Origin: Rebecca billardiae RCC1528
Lineage: Eukaryota > Protista > Haptophyta
Assembly: GCA_965240325.2 (NCBI GenBank)
Contig: OZ251228.1
Coordinates: 434,001-498,000 of the forward strand
DNA: 64,000 nucleotides
Reading direction: 5' to 3'
Part shown: positions 32,840-46,011 of the stretch, one piece after another
Position numbering within the stretch: position 1 is the stretch's first letter
Layout of the letters: each line of letters begins with the position of its first letter
Translations under genes and position numbers: made by a program
Notes under the pieces: model-generated
Told to the model about the DNA's origin: nothing
Database searches by the model: none
What the model saw: only the letters and a program-made list of their open reading frames with translations

Positions 32840-35800
32840 ATGGGCTCACCGCCCGGCGCACCCTCCGGCGCCGGTGCGACGGGCGCGAGCACGGCGGCCG
32901 CGCGCGCGCAGCGGCCTCTTGGCATTGCTGCTTTCTTCGCCGCGCCGGAGGAGAGCAGCCTGGAGCAGCTCGCGATCTCCGACGGCGAGTACGAGGAGTG
33001 GGCGCTCGAGCTTGGTGGTAAGAGCCCGCTGCGGCTGCCGTCGCTCGCGCCCACGCCCAAGCGCCAGCGCGCCGAGTCCACCCTCGCACACGACGCTCGC
33101 GAACCTATGTCAGCCGGCGGCATGCTCAGCGCGCTCGGCAGCGGCAGCTTCGCGCACAGCTCGCCGATGAGCGGGCAGCGCGCGGTGGCGCTGTTCGGCT
33201 CGTCGCCCCTGCGCACTGCTCTCGAGGTGCCCTCCCCCAACCTCAGGTGCCGCGCGCTCGCGCGCGCTCGCGCCGTCGCCCGAGCGTGCGGCCCACGCGC
33301 TGCGGCTGCGGCTGCGGCTGCGGCCACCTCCCAGCGGCTGACACTCCGCCCCGTGGCGGCGCGCGGGTGCTCGCGCGCGCTCATCCGCGCGCGCAGGGCC
33401 TCGCCGCTGCGCCTCTCGCGCGCCAGCCTCGGCCTGAACCCAGCGCCGTCGGCAGAGCCGCCTCAGCTGCCGCCTCAGCAGCTGCGGCCGCCGCAGCCGC
33501 CGCAGCCGCCGCAGCCGCCGCAGCCGTCGCAGCCGCCGCAGCCGCCGCAGCCGCCGCAGCCGCCGCAGCCGTCGCAGCTGCCGCAGCCGCCGCCTGCCGC
33601 GCGGCGTCGTGGTGAGGAGCACAGCCACAGCCAGCAGCCCGCACTGCCGGCGCAAGCAGACCCAGCGCTGCCGCCCCCGGCCAAATCGCGGAGCGGCAAG
33701 CGCCCTCCGTCCTCAAGCCGGTCGCGCGCCAAGCTGAAGGCGAGGCAGCGCGCGCGCGTGACCGCCGCCACGCGGTCCGCCACGGCGCACGCGGCGTCGA
33801 CGGCCGCGTGTGCGCATGCGTCGGCCGCCGATCTGCCACCGCAGCCTGACGGGCGGCCGCAGCCGCCGCGCGCACTGCCGGAGGCTGACGTGTCGCGGGC
33901 GACGCCGACAAAGGCCGGCAGCGTCGGCTGCGGCGTCGGCGTAGGCGGCGCGAGCGACGCACACGCTGCCCTGCTCCCACCTGCCGTGCTCTCCCGCCCC
34001 TCGCGGCAGTGGTTCCCACAGGGCTCGCTGGCGACGGCGCCGCGGCCGCCAGAGCATGACGCGTCGCCGTCGGCGTCGCCGCTCGCGCCGCGCGCCGCGC
34101 CGGCCGCCGAAGGCTGCGCCGAGGCTGTCAAGCGGCGCAGCTCGCTCGGCGAGCGCGCGCGCGCCGCCACGGCCGGGCCCATGGGCGCGCGCAGCCAGCG
34201 GCGCGCGCAAGCCGACGGCAGCGCCGCCGCCGCCGCGCCGGCGCAGGCGGGCGCGCCGTGGGTTGAGAGCGCAGCTGCACTCGCGCCCGAGCGCGCTCTG
34301 CCCGCACCCCTCCCGACAGACGCGCAAGCCGAGCCCTCGGCAGCGCCGGCGCCCAAGGCGGCCCGTGTGACGAAGCGCGGCGCGCGCGCGGCGGGCGGCG
34401 CGCGCGCTGGCGCGGCCGCCGACGCGTTCCTGCCGCCGTGCACCCCGCCCCGCTCGCCGCTCTTCGGCTGCGGAGGCTACAGTTACAGTTACAGTTACAG
34501 CGGGGACGCCGGCGCGACCGACGCGAGCTATGCCGCCACAACCGCCGCCGCCGCCGCCGCGGCGCTCCCGGTCGACCCGGCCGCGCCGCCGCTGCTGCCA
34601 TCCAGCCCGCTCGGTCCCATCGGCCTGACCTCGCTGCTCGAGGCGGGGCCGCACGAGTTCGGCCTGCTCGACCTTCTCCTCTCCGTCGACGATGGCGTCG
34701 TGTCGGGCGCGGCGCGGCCGGCACTCGGCCACGAGCCGAGCGCCGCGCGCGCGGCCGAGCCAGCGGCTGGCGCAGCCGCGCCGGGCGCCGCCGCGTCCGG
34801 GCTGTTGCCGAGCGCGCAGCCGGACGTGCGGCAGCTGGAGGAGCGGCTGCGCGCGTGCTTGGGCGCAGGCGCGGGCGTTGCGCCCGCCCGCGCCGCCGGC
34901 AGCGGAGGCGGAGGCGCGGGCGGAGGCGGCGGCGGTGCCGGCGGAGGCATGTGGGCAGGAGAGCCGCTCCCAGGCTTGGTGCCGCACACCCCGCCGCCGA
35001 GGCCCGCGTCCGCCTCCGCCGCGCTGGCCGCGGCGCTCAACCTCTCTCCGTACTCGTACTGCCCGCCGCCTGCGCCGGGCGCCACGCCGGGTGCAGCGCC
35101 GGGCGCGGGCGGTGCGCTGGCTCGGGCGGCGCAGGCCTCGATCTCGCCTCTGAGACTTGAGCAGTGCGCGGCCGCGCGGCCGGCGGCGCACGCGCGCATC
35201 GCGGCTGGTGAGCGCGGGGCGCACACGCCGCTCCCGCCGCCGGCCGGTGCGGCGCCGGCCTCGCCGTGCGCGCACGCCCTCGCACACAGCGCCGCGCCGC
35301 TGCCCGCGCCGTGCGCGGCCCCGACGCTGCCTCCGCCGTGCGCGCACGCGGGCGCTGCAGCGGCCCGCTCGGCCGCACACCCAGAGACGCCGGATGCGTG
35401 CGGCCGTTACGCAGACGGTTACGCCGACGATCACGCAGACCGTTACACCGGCAGCTATGCGGGCTGCTGCTCCACGCCCGTGGCGAAGGCGGCAGCCGGC
35501 GGCAGCGCGCCGCTGCCGCCTCCACTCGGCGCCGCGCTCACGTCGCCGAGCGCGCCGGCCGCGACGCCGCGGCCGGCGCCGCAGCCGCGGCAGCAGCCGC
35601 CGCCGAGCACGCCGGTGTCACTGCTGGCAGCATGGCTGCCGTCGGGCCCGGCACAGCTGCGCGCGCCGAGCGGCGGCGGCAGCCTGCTGAGCCCTGCAGC
35701 GGAGGGCTGGCAGAGGCAGCCAGGCGCAGCGTGCTGCTGCGCCGCTCTGGACACGCCCAGCGCGGCGGACGGAGGAGCAAAGGCCGCGCTGCCGCCGCCT

Positions 35801-37084
35801 GCGACCAAGAGCGCCAACTCGGGCGGAGGGCGCGCTGCGGGCGGTGGCGGGGCGAGTCGGCGCGACGTGGACGCCGAGGCTGCTGGGCGCCGAGCGGGTG
35901 GCGACGACGCGAGCGGCGAAGCGTGCCCGCCGCCGCCCGGCGCGGGCGGCGACGGCCGCGCGCCGCGCCGCGCTGCGGCCGCGGCCCAGGCGGCGGCCGC
36001 GGCGGGTGGCACCCTTGCCACGCCGTGCGCTCACGCGTCCAAGGCTGCGGCCGCGGCGCTGTCCCCGCCGTGCGCGGCGAGCGCGCACGATGCGCACGAG
36101 CGCGCGCGCATCTCCTTCATCACGCTGCCGTCCGCGTGGGTTCGGCGCGACGGTGCGCGCGCGCCAAGTCTGCGCGCCTCGCGCAATCTCGCGCGATCTC
36201 GCGCGGTCTCCTGCGCCAAGGCGCGGTGTGCGCGCGCGCTGGGAACCCCGCGCACGCGCGCAGTCGCTCACGCGCGCACCGCCGCGCTCGCTCGCTCCTT
36301 GCCTCCGCGCCCGTCCATTTTCTTCCCCTCCGTGCGCGCAGCCGCGCACGCGCGCGCCCAGGCGGCCATTCGCTTCTCAGTGCTCGTGGGCGGCTCGAGC
36401 GCGCAGCCACTGGGCGCGCCGGGCGTTGGCGCGACACTCGGCAGCTTGAACGCGCAGATGGGCGCGCTGCGCGGCGCGCGCGCACGGGAGTACGCGGCGG
36501 CCGACGGCGCACTCGGCACGGCGGGTGTGAAGGACGAGCCTTCGCAGGCCGATCAGCATGGCTGCCAGCAGCATGGCTGCCCCGCGGGCGGCTGCACGGC
36601 TCCGCGGTGCGCAGGCGGCGCCGGCGGCGCGGGCGGCGCGGGTGGCGCGTCTGCGTGCGGCACGGAAGGCGGCGCGCTGCCGGGCGTCAATGCCGAGCCC
36701 GTGCCGAGCGGCGGCGCGGCGCCCGAGGATCCGGCGCACGACGCAGCTGGCGGCGAAGCGAGCGTGGCGCACAAACACGCCTCGGTCACTCAGGGCGGCC
36801 CGGCCGCGTCGGCGCGCGGCGTGTGGCGCGCGCAAGCGCCTCTGAAGCGGCTGCGGCCGATGCCGACGCTGCCGCCGCCGCCGCCGCCGCTGTGCCAGCA
36901 CGGCGCGCCGCCGACGGCGCGCGTCGAGCCCGGCACCAACTGCCACCCCCTCGCGGCACACCACGCCGCGCCGCAGCCCTCGGCGTGCGACGCTTTCCTG
37001 GCGCCGCGCGAGGAGGCCTTGACGCCGCCACCGCCGTCATGGGCACCAGCAGCGCCGGCGCGAGCGTCGCATCCTCCCTCGCTG

Positions 37085-37115
<31 letters not shown>

Positions 37116-38544
37116 CGCGCGGCGGCGGGGCGGACGGCGCGTGCGCGGCGGCCGTCAGCCTCGCGTCCATCCTCGCGCCCTCGCCGCTGCCCGGCGCCGA
37201 GCAGCTCCAGACGTGCGCGGGGTGCTGTGTCGCGCGCTTCGTCTCGGGCCACGGCCCGCTGTGCGCCTCCTTCGGCGACGGCCGCGCCTCGCCCGTCAGC
37301 CCGTTGCAGCTCGAGAAGCAGCAGCCACCGGCGGGCGCGCGCCGCGCCGCGCTGGAGGCGGAGGCCGCGCGGCGCGGCGCGGAGTGCGCGGCGGGCAGCG
37401 CCGCGGCGCACGGCTTCGGTGCGTGCGATGCCGGCCGTGCAGTGCGCGGCGTTCGCGCGCGGCGCAGCACGCGGGGCCCTGCGCGCCGCGCGGGCAGGGC
37501 AGGCCCCATGCACTTCCAATCGCGCCGGCGCGCGCCGCGCTGACGCGCCGCCCCCTCGTGTCTCTCGCGTGCGCGTGCGTGTGCGCGCCGTCCGCTCGCG
37601 CAGGCACGGGCATTTTGGGCGTGCCCGCCGCCGCCGCCGCGGCGATGCGGAAGACGCGGCTGGGCCGCGCGCGCCGCGCCGCGCCGGCCGCGCGCACGCT
37701 CCACTTCCGCCTTGCCAACGGCCAGCTCACGCAGCTGGGCGGCGCGTCAGCCGATCCTGCCCGCAGCCCGGGGCTGGCTGTCGCCCATTTCGGCGGGGCG
37801 CCGCGCTGCGCGACCGCGCCGCCGCCGCCGCCGCCGCCGCCGCCAGCCTCGCACGGCCGGCCCGCGCAGCCGAGCACCGCCGCGCCCGCCGCGTCGCAGC
37901 GTGCGCACCGCAGCACCTCGTCGTCCGAGGTCAAGCAAGCCCGCCTCGCGCCCAGCTCAGTGGCAGTCCCTGACATGAAAGGCGGCGCAGGTGCGCCCAG
38001 CCGGGCTGATCCCCTGAGCCATGGCGCACACCACGACGCGCCGGCCGCGCCCGCGCGCGGCACGCCGGCCCCAAGCGGCGGGGCGTGCCTGCCGACGCAC
38101 GCGGCTGCCGAGCGCGGCGCCGCGTGGCGAGGGCTGTCCACTCGGCAGCCGCCCCCCGAGCCTGCTCGCTCACCTCCGCTGCCGAGTGACGCCGCGCTCG
38201 GCGCAGCAGCCGCAGCCGGCCGCGCCCGCGCCGAGCACGCGATGGCGGCGGCGGTGGATGCCACCCGCCATCCGCCCCAGCAGCAGCAGCAGCAGCGCGC
38301 CGCCCCGTGCGCACCACCGGGCAGCGGCTGCGCGCACGCGCAGCAGGGCCCGCCCGCCGACAGCTCGGAAGCGGCGCCCAACCCAGCCCCCGCCGCAACG
38401 GCCGCGGCTGCGGCACGGAGCATCCCGCTCCTGGCCCCAGTCGAGTCCTTGCCCGCGTCCGCCACGCTCCGTGTGCGCGTGGTCAAGGAGCCGCAGTGGC
38501 GCCTGCCGCCCTCACACGCCCGCTTCGGCCTGCCGCCGTCGTGA
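32840..38544 (+). CDS. Large Pro/Ala-rich low-complexity hypothetical protein (about 4 exons)
   Basis: Long open frames joined by phase-compatible GT-AG introns 33247-33396, 36140-36361 and 37419-37603. Many SP/TP sites. No recognisable domain. Confidence 0.6.
33458..33594 (+). repeat. 9-bp coding minisatellite, (CCGCCGCAG)n = (PPQ)n
   Basis: Direct reading of the sequence. Confidence 0.85.
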
Positions 38545-38582
38545 GCGCCAGCACCACGGCCGAGCCCGTCAGCGGCGGCTGC

Positions 38583-38782
38583 GAGAGCCAACGCCGTCGT
38601 GGCGATCCCGCCGCCGCGCGTCGTCTTGGCGCGCCGCGGCAGCACCGTAGCAGCTACCTACCGCCGCGCAGCACCAACTACCCAGAGGCTTATTTATTCA
38701 TCTTCATTGATCGTCGGCGTCATGGCATATCATTTCGCCATCGCCCATAATATCATATATCATCGGCATCGTCGATCAGCAC
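38583..38782 (+). repeat. Dispersed ~190-bp repeat in a 3' flank, copy 1
   Basis: GAGAGCCAACGCCGTCGT.GCGATCCCGCCGC ... GTCTTGGCGCGCCGCGG ... GGCTTATTT.TTCAT ... TCGTCGGCGTCAT ... CGGCATCGTCGATCA is shared with 49348-49522. Confidence 0.8.
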
Positions 38783-39120
38783 CGACGACTTATTTCGTAA
38801 TCCGCATTCATTCACCCGACGAATAATGAATAATATATCATGCCTCGATCATTCATGATGATCATCTTCCGTATTCTTCGTCGCAGACGCAATACATTGT
38901 AGTCATATATCGCAATATGACCGCGTTCCGCGGTCCTTTTCCGTAGAACGAACGTAGTTCGGGGCCCGCGGTGGCGGTGCACCCTCCGTCGCAGTCGTTC
39001 CGTACACGTGTAACTAGACTCCATCCAGCGGCGCGCCGCCCCAGCGCCGCGCCGCCGCCGGCGTGCGCCGAGTGTGGATGTCGGTCGTCGGCCGAGCTGC
39101 CCTCATCACAGACGGCCCTT

Positions 39121-39645
39121 ACCTGACCCCCTGCGCGTGCTCGACGGCCGACAGGCGGATGCGACTCGGCGTGATCGACGCACGAGCGCGACTGTTGCAC
39201 GCCAGGCCACCGGCGGAGCTGACTGACAGCCAGGGAGCCGGACGGCGCGGGACCGCGCGGATTCGACCGTTCGTTCGGGCCTGCCGCTGACCGTCGTCGC
39301 CGCGACGCCAGCAGCGCAGGAGTAGATGATCTGCAGGTCAGTAGGGTTCGACCTGCGCGCCTGCGCGACGGCCGACAGGCGGGCGCGAGGCGTGAGCGAC
39401 GCATGAGCGCGACTCTACGTGCACACCAGGCACCACGCGGCCGAGCTGACTGACCGCGAGCCAGGGAGCACGGTGCGAGCAGCCATGCAGCACCGGTGCT
39501 TGCGCGCGCCGCGCGTGCACGGGGTGACACACCTCGGTCAGGCTCGGCACGCGTCGCAGAGGCACGGCCAGCTCTGGGCACGCCAGGCGCCCAGGCCACG
39601 CGGAGCTGACAGCCACGGGGAGCCGACGGCGCGCGGGGCCGCGGC
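39121..39645. repeat. Degenerate tandem repeat, about 200-230 bp unit, about 2.5 copies
   Basis: GACGGCCGACAGGCGG, GAGCGCGACT, and CCAGGCCAC..GGAGCTGAC..AGCCA.GGGAGC recur near 39140-39240, 39367-39470 and 39580-39625. Confidence 0.65.
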
Positions 39646-42429
39646 CAGTTCCGAGTTCGACTTGCGCCTGCTCTGAAGAAGAGTTCTGGGAGACCCTGGC
39701 GGAGAGGCATGGCAAGGGGGGCGTGTGGTGAAGTCGGAGACTCAGAGATCGATCAGTCCGGCATCATGCGCCGCTGCCCCCGAGCTTGCGAGAGCCCGAA
39801 CACAGGGCGGCGGCTGCGGCGGCGGCGGCGCGGCCGCGCGCCGGCCGGCCGCGCAGGCATCGACAGGGCGCGGCAGGGGCGTGCGGAGTGACTAGTGAGC
39901 GGGCACGAACGCGATGTCGACGGCCGTCGGGACCCGCCGCAGACGCGCGCTCCAGGCGCCACTCGGCACTTGCCACGCGCACCTGCCCATCGAGCGCCCC
40001 CTTGGAGGCTTGGACCAAGAGTCGTCGCGGCTCGCTCGCCACCCCGAAGGAACCTGCGCGTCACGTGCTTGCGACGGCGGCAGGTTTTGAGCTCGCCAGC
40101 TCGGTAAGTCAGTGACTATGGAATGGGCTGGCAACGAATAGCTGCGCGGGTATTTTCAATAAGGCTTGCGGGTTTTAGACTCTAGATACCAACCGCCGCG
40201 AAGCCAAGTTCATATTCATCAAGGTCGGAGGCAAACTATCACACATGAACGAGAGTCTACCCACAAAATCGCGCTCGTAACGAACCGTTACACTAATGTC
40301 ACGTCCAGCTGACGTCCAGATCGCACTTTACTTAAGGGAATCAGCTGGGCGCGCTTATTTTCGGCCTAATAGACCTCTCTATGCGATCTCAAAAACTCGA
40401 AACTCGGTCTCCGCCAGCCCTAAAAATCGCCCCCCGTCCCTTTTTTCTTGATCAAAGATCTTTTTGAAACGTGGTTCGGGCCCGCTGGTGGCGGGCTCCA
40501 CGCTGCGCGCTCCGCCCTGCACCGCGGGCCATAATATGATCGGCTACGCCGATCTTCGGGTAGTGAACAACGAAGTTGAGGGCGCACGGCCCTAGTGGCT
40601 AGTCACCATCACGCAGCTAGTGAGCTTGTGAATGTGAGCAGCAGCCGCGGCTTGTGACGACACGGTCGGACGGTCGGACGGTGCCGGTGCGGCGGGGGCA
40701 GCGGCGGCGCGACGGCGTCGGCGGTGGCGCGCTCGTACAGCGTCTGCAGCACGTGCGCAGCGTGACTGCGTGTGCAGCAGCGCGCCGCTCAGCTCCCGCC
40801 GCTCCACGCCGCCGCAGCGGCGCGCGCGGCGCGCGCCCGCCTCGGCCGCGGCCGCGCCCGCCACCATCCGTCGCGCCGCCGCCAGCTGCTGCGCCGTCGG
40901 TGACGGCGGCGGGTCGAGTGCAGAGAGGAGGTGGATGAGCCAGTGCAGCTCGGACTGCGTGACGTCCACGTCCACCACCGCGTCCTCCTTCGCCACCGCC
41001 ATCTCCTCCGCCCGCCCCGCCCCCCAGCGGCGGTCCCACCACTTAGTCGGGCGGCGACCGCGGCCCGGCGCACGCCGCCGTGACGCCGCGGGCGCCCGGC
41101 GAGCGCTCGGATGACGAACCGGCTGGGCGGCAGCGTGGGCGGCGAGGCGACGCGCTCTCCGCCGCTGACGGAGGAGTTGACGGAGGTCGTGCGCGCGAGG
41201 TCGGCGGCGGTGTGCGCGGCGGCGCTGGGCGAGTGCGCCAGCCTCTCGGGCAGCACATGCGCCACATGCCCCGCCGCGCGCCCGCCGCCGCCCAGGCTCC
41301 CGCGCTCGGCCGCGCGCCGCGCCGCCGCGCTGTCCGGATGGCGCACCTCCCTCGACTGCGCCGCCACCATCGCCCTCGCTCCCTGCAGTCGCCGCCCCCG
41401 CCGCCTGCCGTGACGCGCTCGCCGCGCGCCGTTCAGGCGGCACTCGAGGGCCGCGGCGGCGTCGGCTGAGAGCCGGCGGCGGTGACGCGCGGGCGGCCGC
41501 CGCTGGCGAGGGTGAGGACGGACATGCCGTTCGGCGCGCCTCCCTCGTCCGTGCCGCCACCACCGCCCTCGCTCCCTTCAGCCGCCGCCCCCGACGCCTC
41601 CGCCTGGCCGCTACAAAGGCCGCCGCATCGCACCGGGACTCGCGCCGACGTGCGGGCGGCGGTTGGATCCGCCGATCGTGACTGTTCGCGACCAGAGATA
41701 CCAGAAGTGACGGTTCGTTAACTCGTACCATAAAACTTTACTACAAGAGGCAGAATCAAAGCCGATCGCTGCCCTTTCAAGTTGTCCAGGACACACTCGT
41801 TTTCAGAGAGCTGTTAATCCTCGCAGATAGAGATGTCGAATCCCACCCGCATTGTAATACGTTGATACTGAAACGTTGTTTTTGAAGTGTGGTTCTCTTC
41901 AGAGGAGAAGGATAATAGGAGACGATACTTTACTCTTTGAATTGGAAACAGCAAACCAAAAGTGTATATCAGCAGGAGAATCACGAACGGCCCACCATCA
42001 CGAACGGCCCACCAGTTCTCTTAAGAGAAGAGGGATGCGTCTAATCTAAAACGCTGTTTTTCAGAAGCGCGTGAATCAAAGCTGACGACCCAACCTATCG
42101 TTTCTATGGTTGGCGAGCTGTTTCAGGCTCTTACAATTCAGGCATCTTACTATGACGGAATGTTCTAACACACGGCTGGTGTTATGTGCTATTCCACCCT
42201 GCATTCCCCTAAGTGTTACTATCGTTAAAATTAAGGGGCAGTACAAACGACGCAATCATTGCGGCAGCGATATCCACTCATACGCGGTGGCCACCTACCG
42301 AAAAATCCCCAAAATCCTGCGCGCATCCTCTTTTTGATTTTGCGGAGCACGTGCGCCGCCCCCCCCGGCTTTCGCTCACGCTCAGACCTTTCGGGGGGGC
42401 CGTGCGCCATAATAAACTGTGCCCTGGCG

Positions 42430-43330
42430 GGCGGGGGGGTCGGCGGGCCGTGCCAGTGCTGTCGCAATGTTTCCTCTCTACTGCGGGTTCGCGTCTTTCC
42501 ACATTCGCTCGTGGCCGTGGGCGACGGACAGTCCGAGGACCAGTGACACCTGAAGTTCTCCGGCCCGACGTGACGCACACGTCTGTGCGCATCAGCAAGG
42601 CCCGCACCCACGAGGGAATGTGCAGCACGCGGGGCGGGGCGGGTAGCCCGTTGCTCCGCGCGAGCGCGGGTACGCGCTGTATGTGCCGCATCTCGACCGC
42701 GATGGCGTAATCGAGCGCCTCGCCGCCGACGAAGCCGCCAGAGTAGATCGTGTGCATGTCCTCCTGCCGCCAGCCGAGAGCGGTCGTTGCGAGGATGCTT
42801 GCCGATGTCCGCTCCGGGCATGATGGGCTCGGCGCAGGTCGCGTTGACGTCGTACACGGCCGCCACGCTGAGCACGAGCGCGTTGACGTTCACGCGGTCG
42901 TCGCTCTTCGCCTTTTCGACAGGTCTGGCGCCCGCGTGTTTGGCGGCACGAGGAGCTGTTGGTTGTGCGCGCGCGCGCGCACAGCGACAGCGTGTGCCAC
43001 TCGCGATCGAGATTGGGCACGAGCTGCTCACGCAGGCACACGAATCGCAGCGCATCCGTCACCGGCGTGACGACGTCCGCCTCGTCCCGCAGCGCCTGCG
43101 CCATGGACGAGGATGGCGCGGCGATGTTGCATGCTCAACGATTCATCTCTCTGCGGATGGCATCACGGGCTTGTCTGTGTCGCGCTGCGGCGAGGGTCGC
43201 CAACTCGCGAAGACGCGGTTGCTGTCACGGCGACAGACCCCGGAGGTGCGTCCGCTGCGCGTCGTACGCCGTTGGCGCTGCGCTTCCGTCGCATTGGTCA
43301 CCGTCGACGCCATGCAGGCCGGACGTGGGC
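42430..43330 (-). pseudogene. Frameshifted gene or TE remnant, possibly a Ulp1/C48-protease-like fragment
   Basis: Coding-like segments in three successive minus frames, ending in DMHTIYSGGFVGGEALDYAIAVEM...RVLHIPSWVRALL, loosely similar to the Ulp1 N-terminal segment. Confidence 0.25.
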
Positions 43331-43967
43331 TTCGGCTGAGGGACCGCGAGCGACGACTGAGTCCGGTGCGCGGATTCCGGCGATCGAGTTCAGAAGGCCG
43401 CGCCAAATCTTGCGTCGCGTGCGATGGCGCTTCCCGCCCGCGAGACACCTCGTGATGAGGGCCTTTCCGCACCGAGCCCGACGCGCGGCGGTGGATCGTG
43501 CGAGGCGGTTGTCGTGCGCAGCGCTTGATACAATGGCCCGTGCGAGCGTTCGACGTGCAAGTCGGGCGAGGACTGCCCCAGGTCGCACGATCGTGTCGAC
43601 GCGCCGAGCGTACCTCCAAACGCGTCGACTTTGGCCCCCGTTTGACCTGCACGCGAGACGACGAGGGCAGCAATCGCGAATCGGGCGAAAACCCCCCTCG
43701 GGAGTCTCCGCGCGATATCCACGCCGGCGTTGGATTCGGCGCGCGCGGCCCATGCGCTCCGCGCCATCCAGGACTCTCTTTCGGCCGAGCGTCCCCAGTG
43801 GGAGCTGCGAGGGCGCCCGGTAGTGAGCGAAGCGACCCGGCAGTGAGCGAGGCGATTTTCTTTTCTTTGCGAGGCGATTTTCTTTTTTCCTTTTCTTTTT
43901 CTTATCTTTTTCCCGGGCACTACAAGGGGCGGACCTACGGCCCGCCATATACTTTCTGCTACGTGAC

Positions 43968-46011
43968 CACAGTGAACAAAAACGGGATTATCGTCACCGT
44001 AACCTGTCCGATGCGAGCCGATTTTCGGGGAATTTATCGCGCGGGCCGCACGAGCGCACAGAAGACGCTACGGTGGTCGCGCAGGCGCCTGGCGAGTGCC
44101 CAGGGCACGGGACTGCAACACCCCACCCAGCCTCCCCATCCCTCCGCCCCTCTCTGCCTCGCCGGGTTGCACGCGGCTGGCCGGTCACGTAGCTCGTGGT
44201 GAGACATTCGTGAGCGTGGGGCCCTGCTGCTCAGTGCGGCGATGCAGCGAGGCGAAGCGGCGCGTAAGATGGCGCATCTTACTCCAAATGCAGTCTGCTG
44301 CCAGCACAGCCGCCCTCGCCGGAGTGCCTGGTCGTCACCTTCGTCGTGTGCACCTGTTGCGAGCTGCCGTCAACAAGCGAATGCCTCAGGCCTCCCGGGA
44401 GCCATTCAAACACGCTCGTCCTCGACGAGGCGTGCGCGAGGCACCGCGCGAGCGCGGGAACGGCCCTTCCCAGCATACTCCTACACGGCCATCCACCTCG
44501 CCACAGCCTGCCATATCACACTCCTCCCCGCAACAGTGCCCGCGTGCCGCGTGCGAGGCCGGCCCAACCCCAGGCAGAACTGGTGCACAGATATTTTCGA
44601 CTGCGAGGAGACGGCGGCGAGCACAGGCGTGCGGCGCCGTCCCGCGCTTCATTGGGATGTTCTAGACCAGTCGCGCGCCCGCGGCACCGCACCCGCCCTC
44701 TCCGCGTCGCGTGCCACTCCACGCAGCGCGCGCCCTCTCGGGCGATGCGAGTCTCGCCATCGACGGCGATCTTGCGGCTGATTCGTACCCGCATGTATTC
44801 AACAAATACGACAAATCGCCGAGCTGAAGCGCACTTGGTCGCGCGATGGCAGGTCGCGCTGTGTGACGTCGCTCGCCGCAGGAAATTCGGTACGCGACGA
44901 GAGCACGGCGCACGCGCACGGCGCGGCGTGGGAGGCGGGGCGGTGGTGTCCTCGAGCCATCCCGCCCGCGCCGCGGTGCGCCAGCCGCCACCTCGCCGCG
45001 CCGTGGCCCATGCCGCGCGGCAGGTGTCGACCAGATCGACCTTGCCGCCCAACAGAGGGCCGCACCGGAAATTCTGTATTTGTTGAATACAGACTTACCC
45101 ACGTGCCCGCGATGCGGCGGCGCCCATGGCGGCGGCGTGGCGCGGCGGCGGCGGCGCGGGCAGCCTGACGGGCCAGATAGGGCGCGCCAGGTCGGGGCGA
45201 TCGTGATGGGATGGTTCCATACGCATCAGTGCGTGCTCCTGTGCATCTCAAGAGCGCGCTGGGCGCCCTCTCTCGCGCCTATGCCCATCCCACGCGGTCT
45301 GAGAAGCCTCCCCGTTTGGCCATTGTCGTGCCGTGCTCGGTCGTGGCTGCCCGGCGGGTCGGAGAGGTCGAGGCGAGCCGGGTCGTTCGCGACGGACGAT
45401 GCCTATGGGTCATGGCGAGTGCCAGCACGCAGCTCGGGCGCGCGCCCGGCGCCTCCTCGCCGCTCTACATCCACACCAAGATCTGGCCCAAAACCAGGCT
45501 TCAAGAGCGAAACTCAGTCTGGGAGCTGCTCAGGCCGCTGTGTGCGGTTTGAAAGCGCGCAAACTTGTGGAGCGGGTGCCCACATGGGTTGAGCACAATG
45601 CTATAGAACGTTTTTCCGCGAAACACCACTTCCTCGCCTCTCCGCGCGCGTGCCGCGCGGCTCCCGTGAAGTCATCTTAACAGGTCACGTGTGGCCGCCC
45701 GTGGAGCGAGGGTGGGCGAGGAGGGGCGGGCGAGGGTGACGCCGCCCCGGGGAACCGCCTTGGCAGGCCGACCGACGCCTCGCAGCCCCCCTCGCGGCAC
45801 ACATGCGCGCACGCCCGCCGCTCGGAGCGCGCCATCGATTCGAATGGGCGTGCGCGCGAACGACCATGCTCAAACGGCTTCGGCCCGATCTTTCCCCACT
45901 GTGGCGGCGCGAAGTGCCGCGAACGGGGCATCAAAAAAATTCCAGCGCATCCCCACTGGGCGGAAGTGCGGACAGGTTACGGTGACGGCTAAAATCGAAT
46001 TGTTTACTGTG
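43968..46011. mobile_element. Non-autonomous DNA transposon (CMC/Transib-like, CAC termini), 2,044 bp, 43-bp bipartite TIRs, possible 2-bp TSD (AC)
   Basis: Left end CACAGTGAACAA-N12-CGTCACCGTAACCTGTCCG. Right end (reverse complement) CACAGTAAACAA-N12-CGTCACCGTAACCTGTCCG. AC on both flanks. No transposase ORF inside. Confidence 0.78.
44794..45091. mobile_element. Nested MITE-like insert with 16-bp perfect inverted repeat
   Basis: TGTATTCAACAAATAC at 44794-44809 and its reverse complement at 45076-45091. Confidence 0.45.

Noticed and set aside
40538-40600. ATCGGC-TAC-GCCGAT hairpin as a Helitron 3' end
   Set aside because: No CTRR terminus at the expected spacing, and no second copy in the window.
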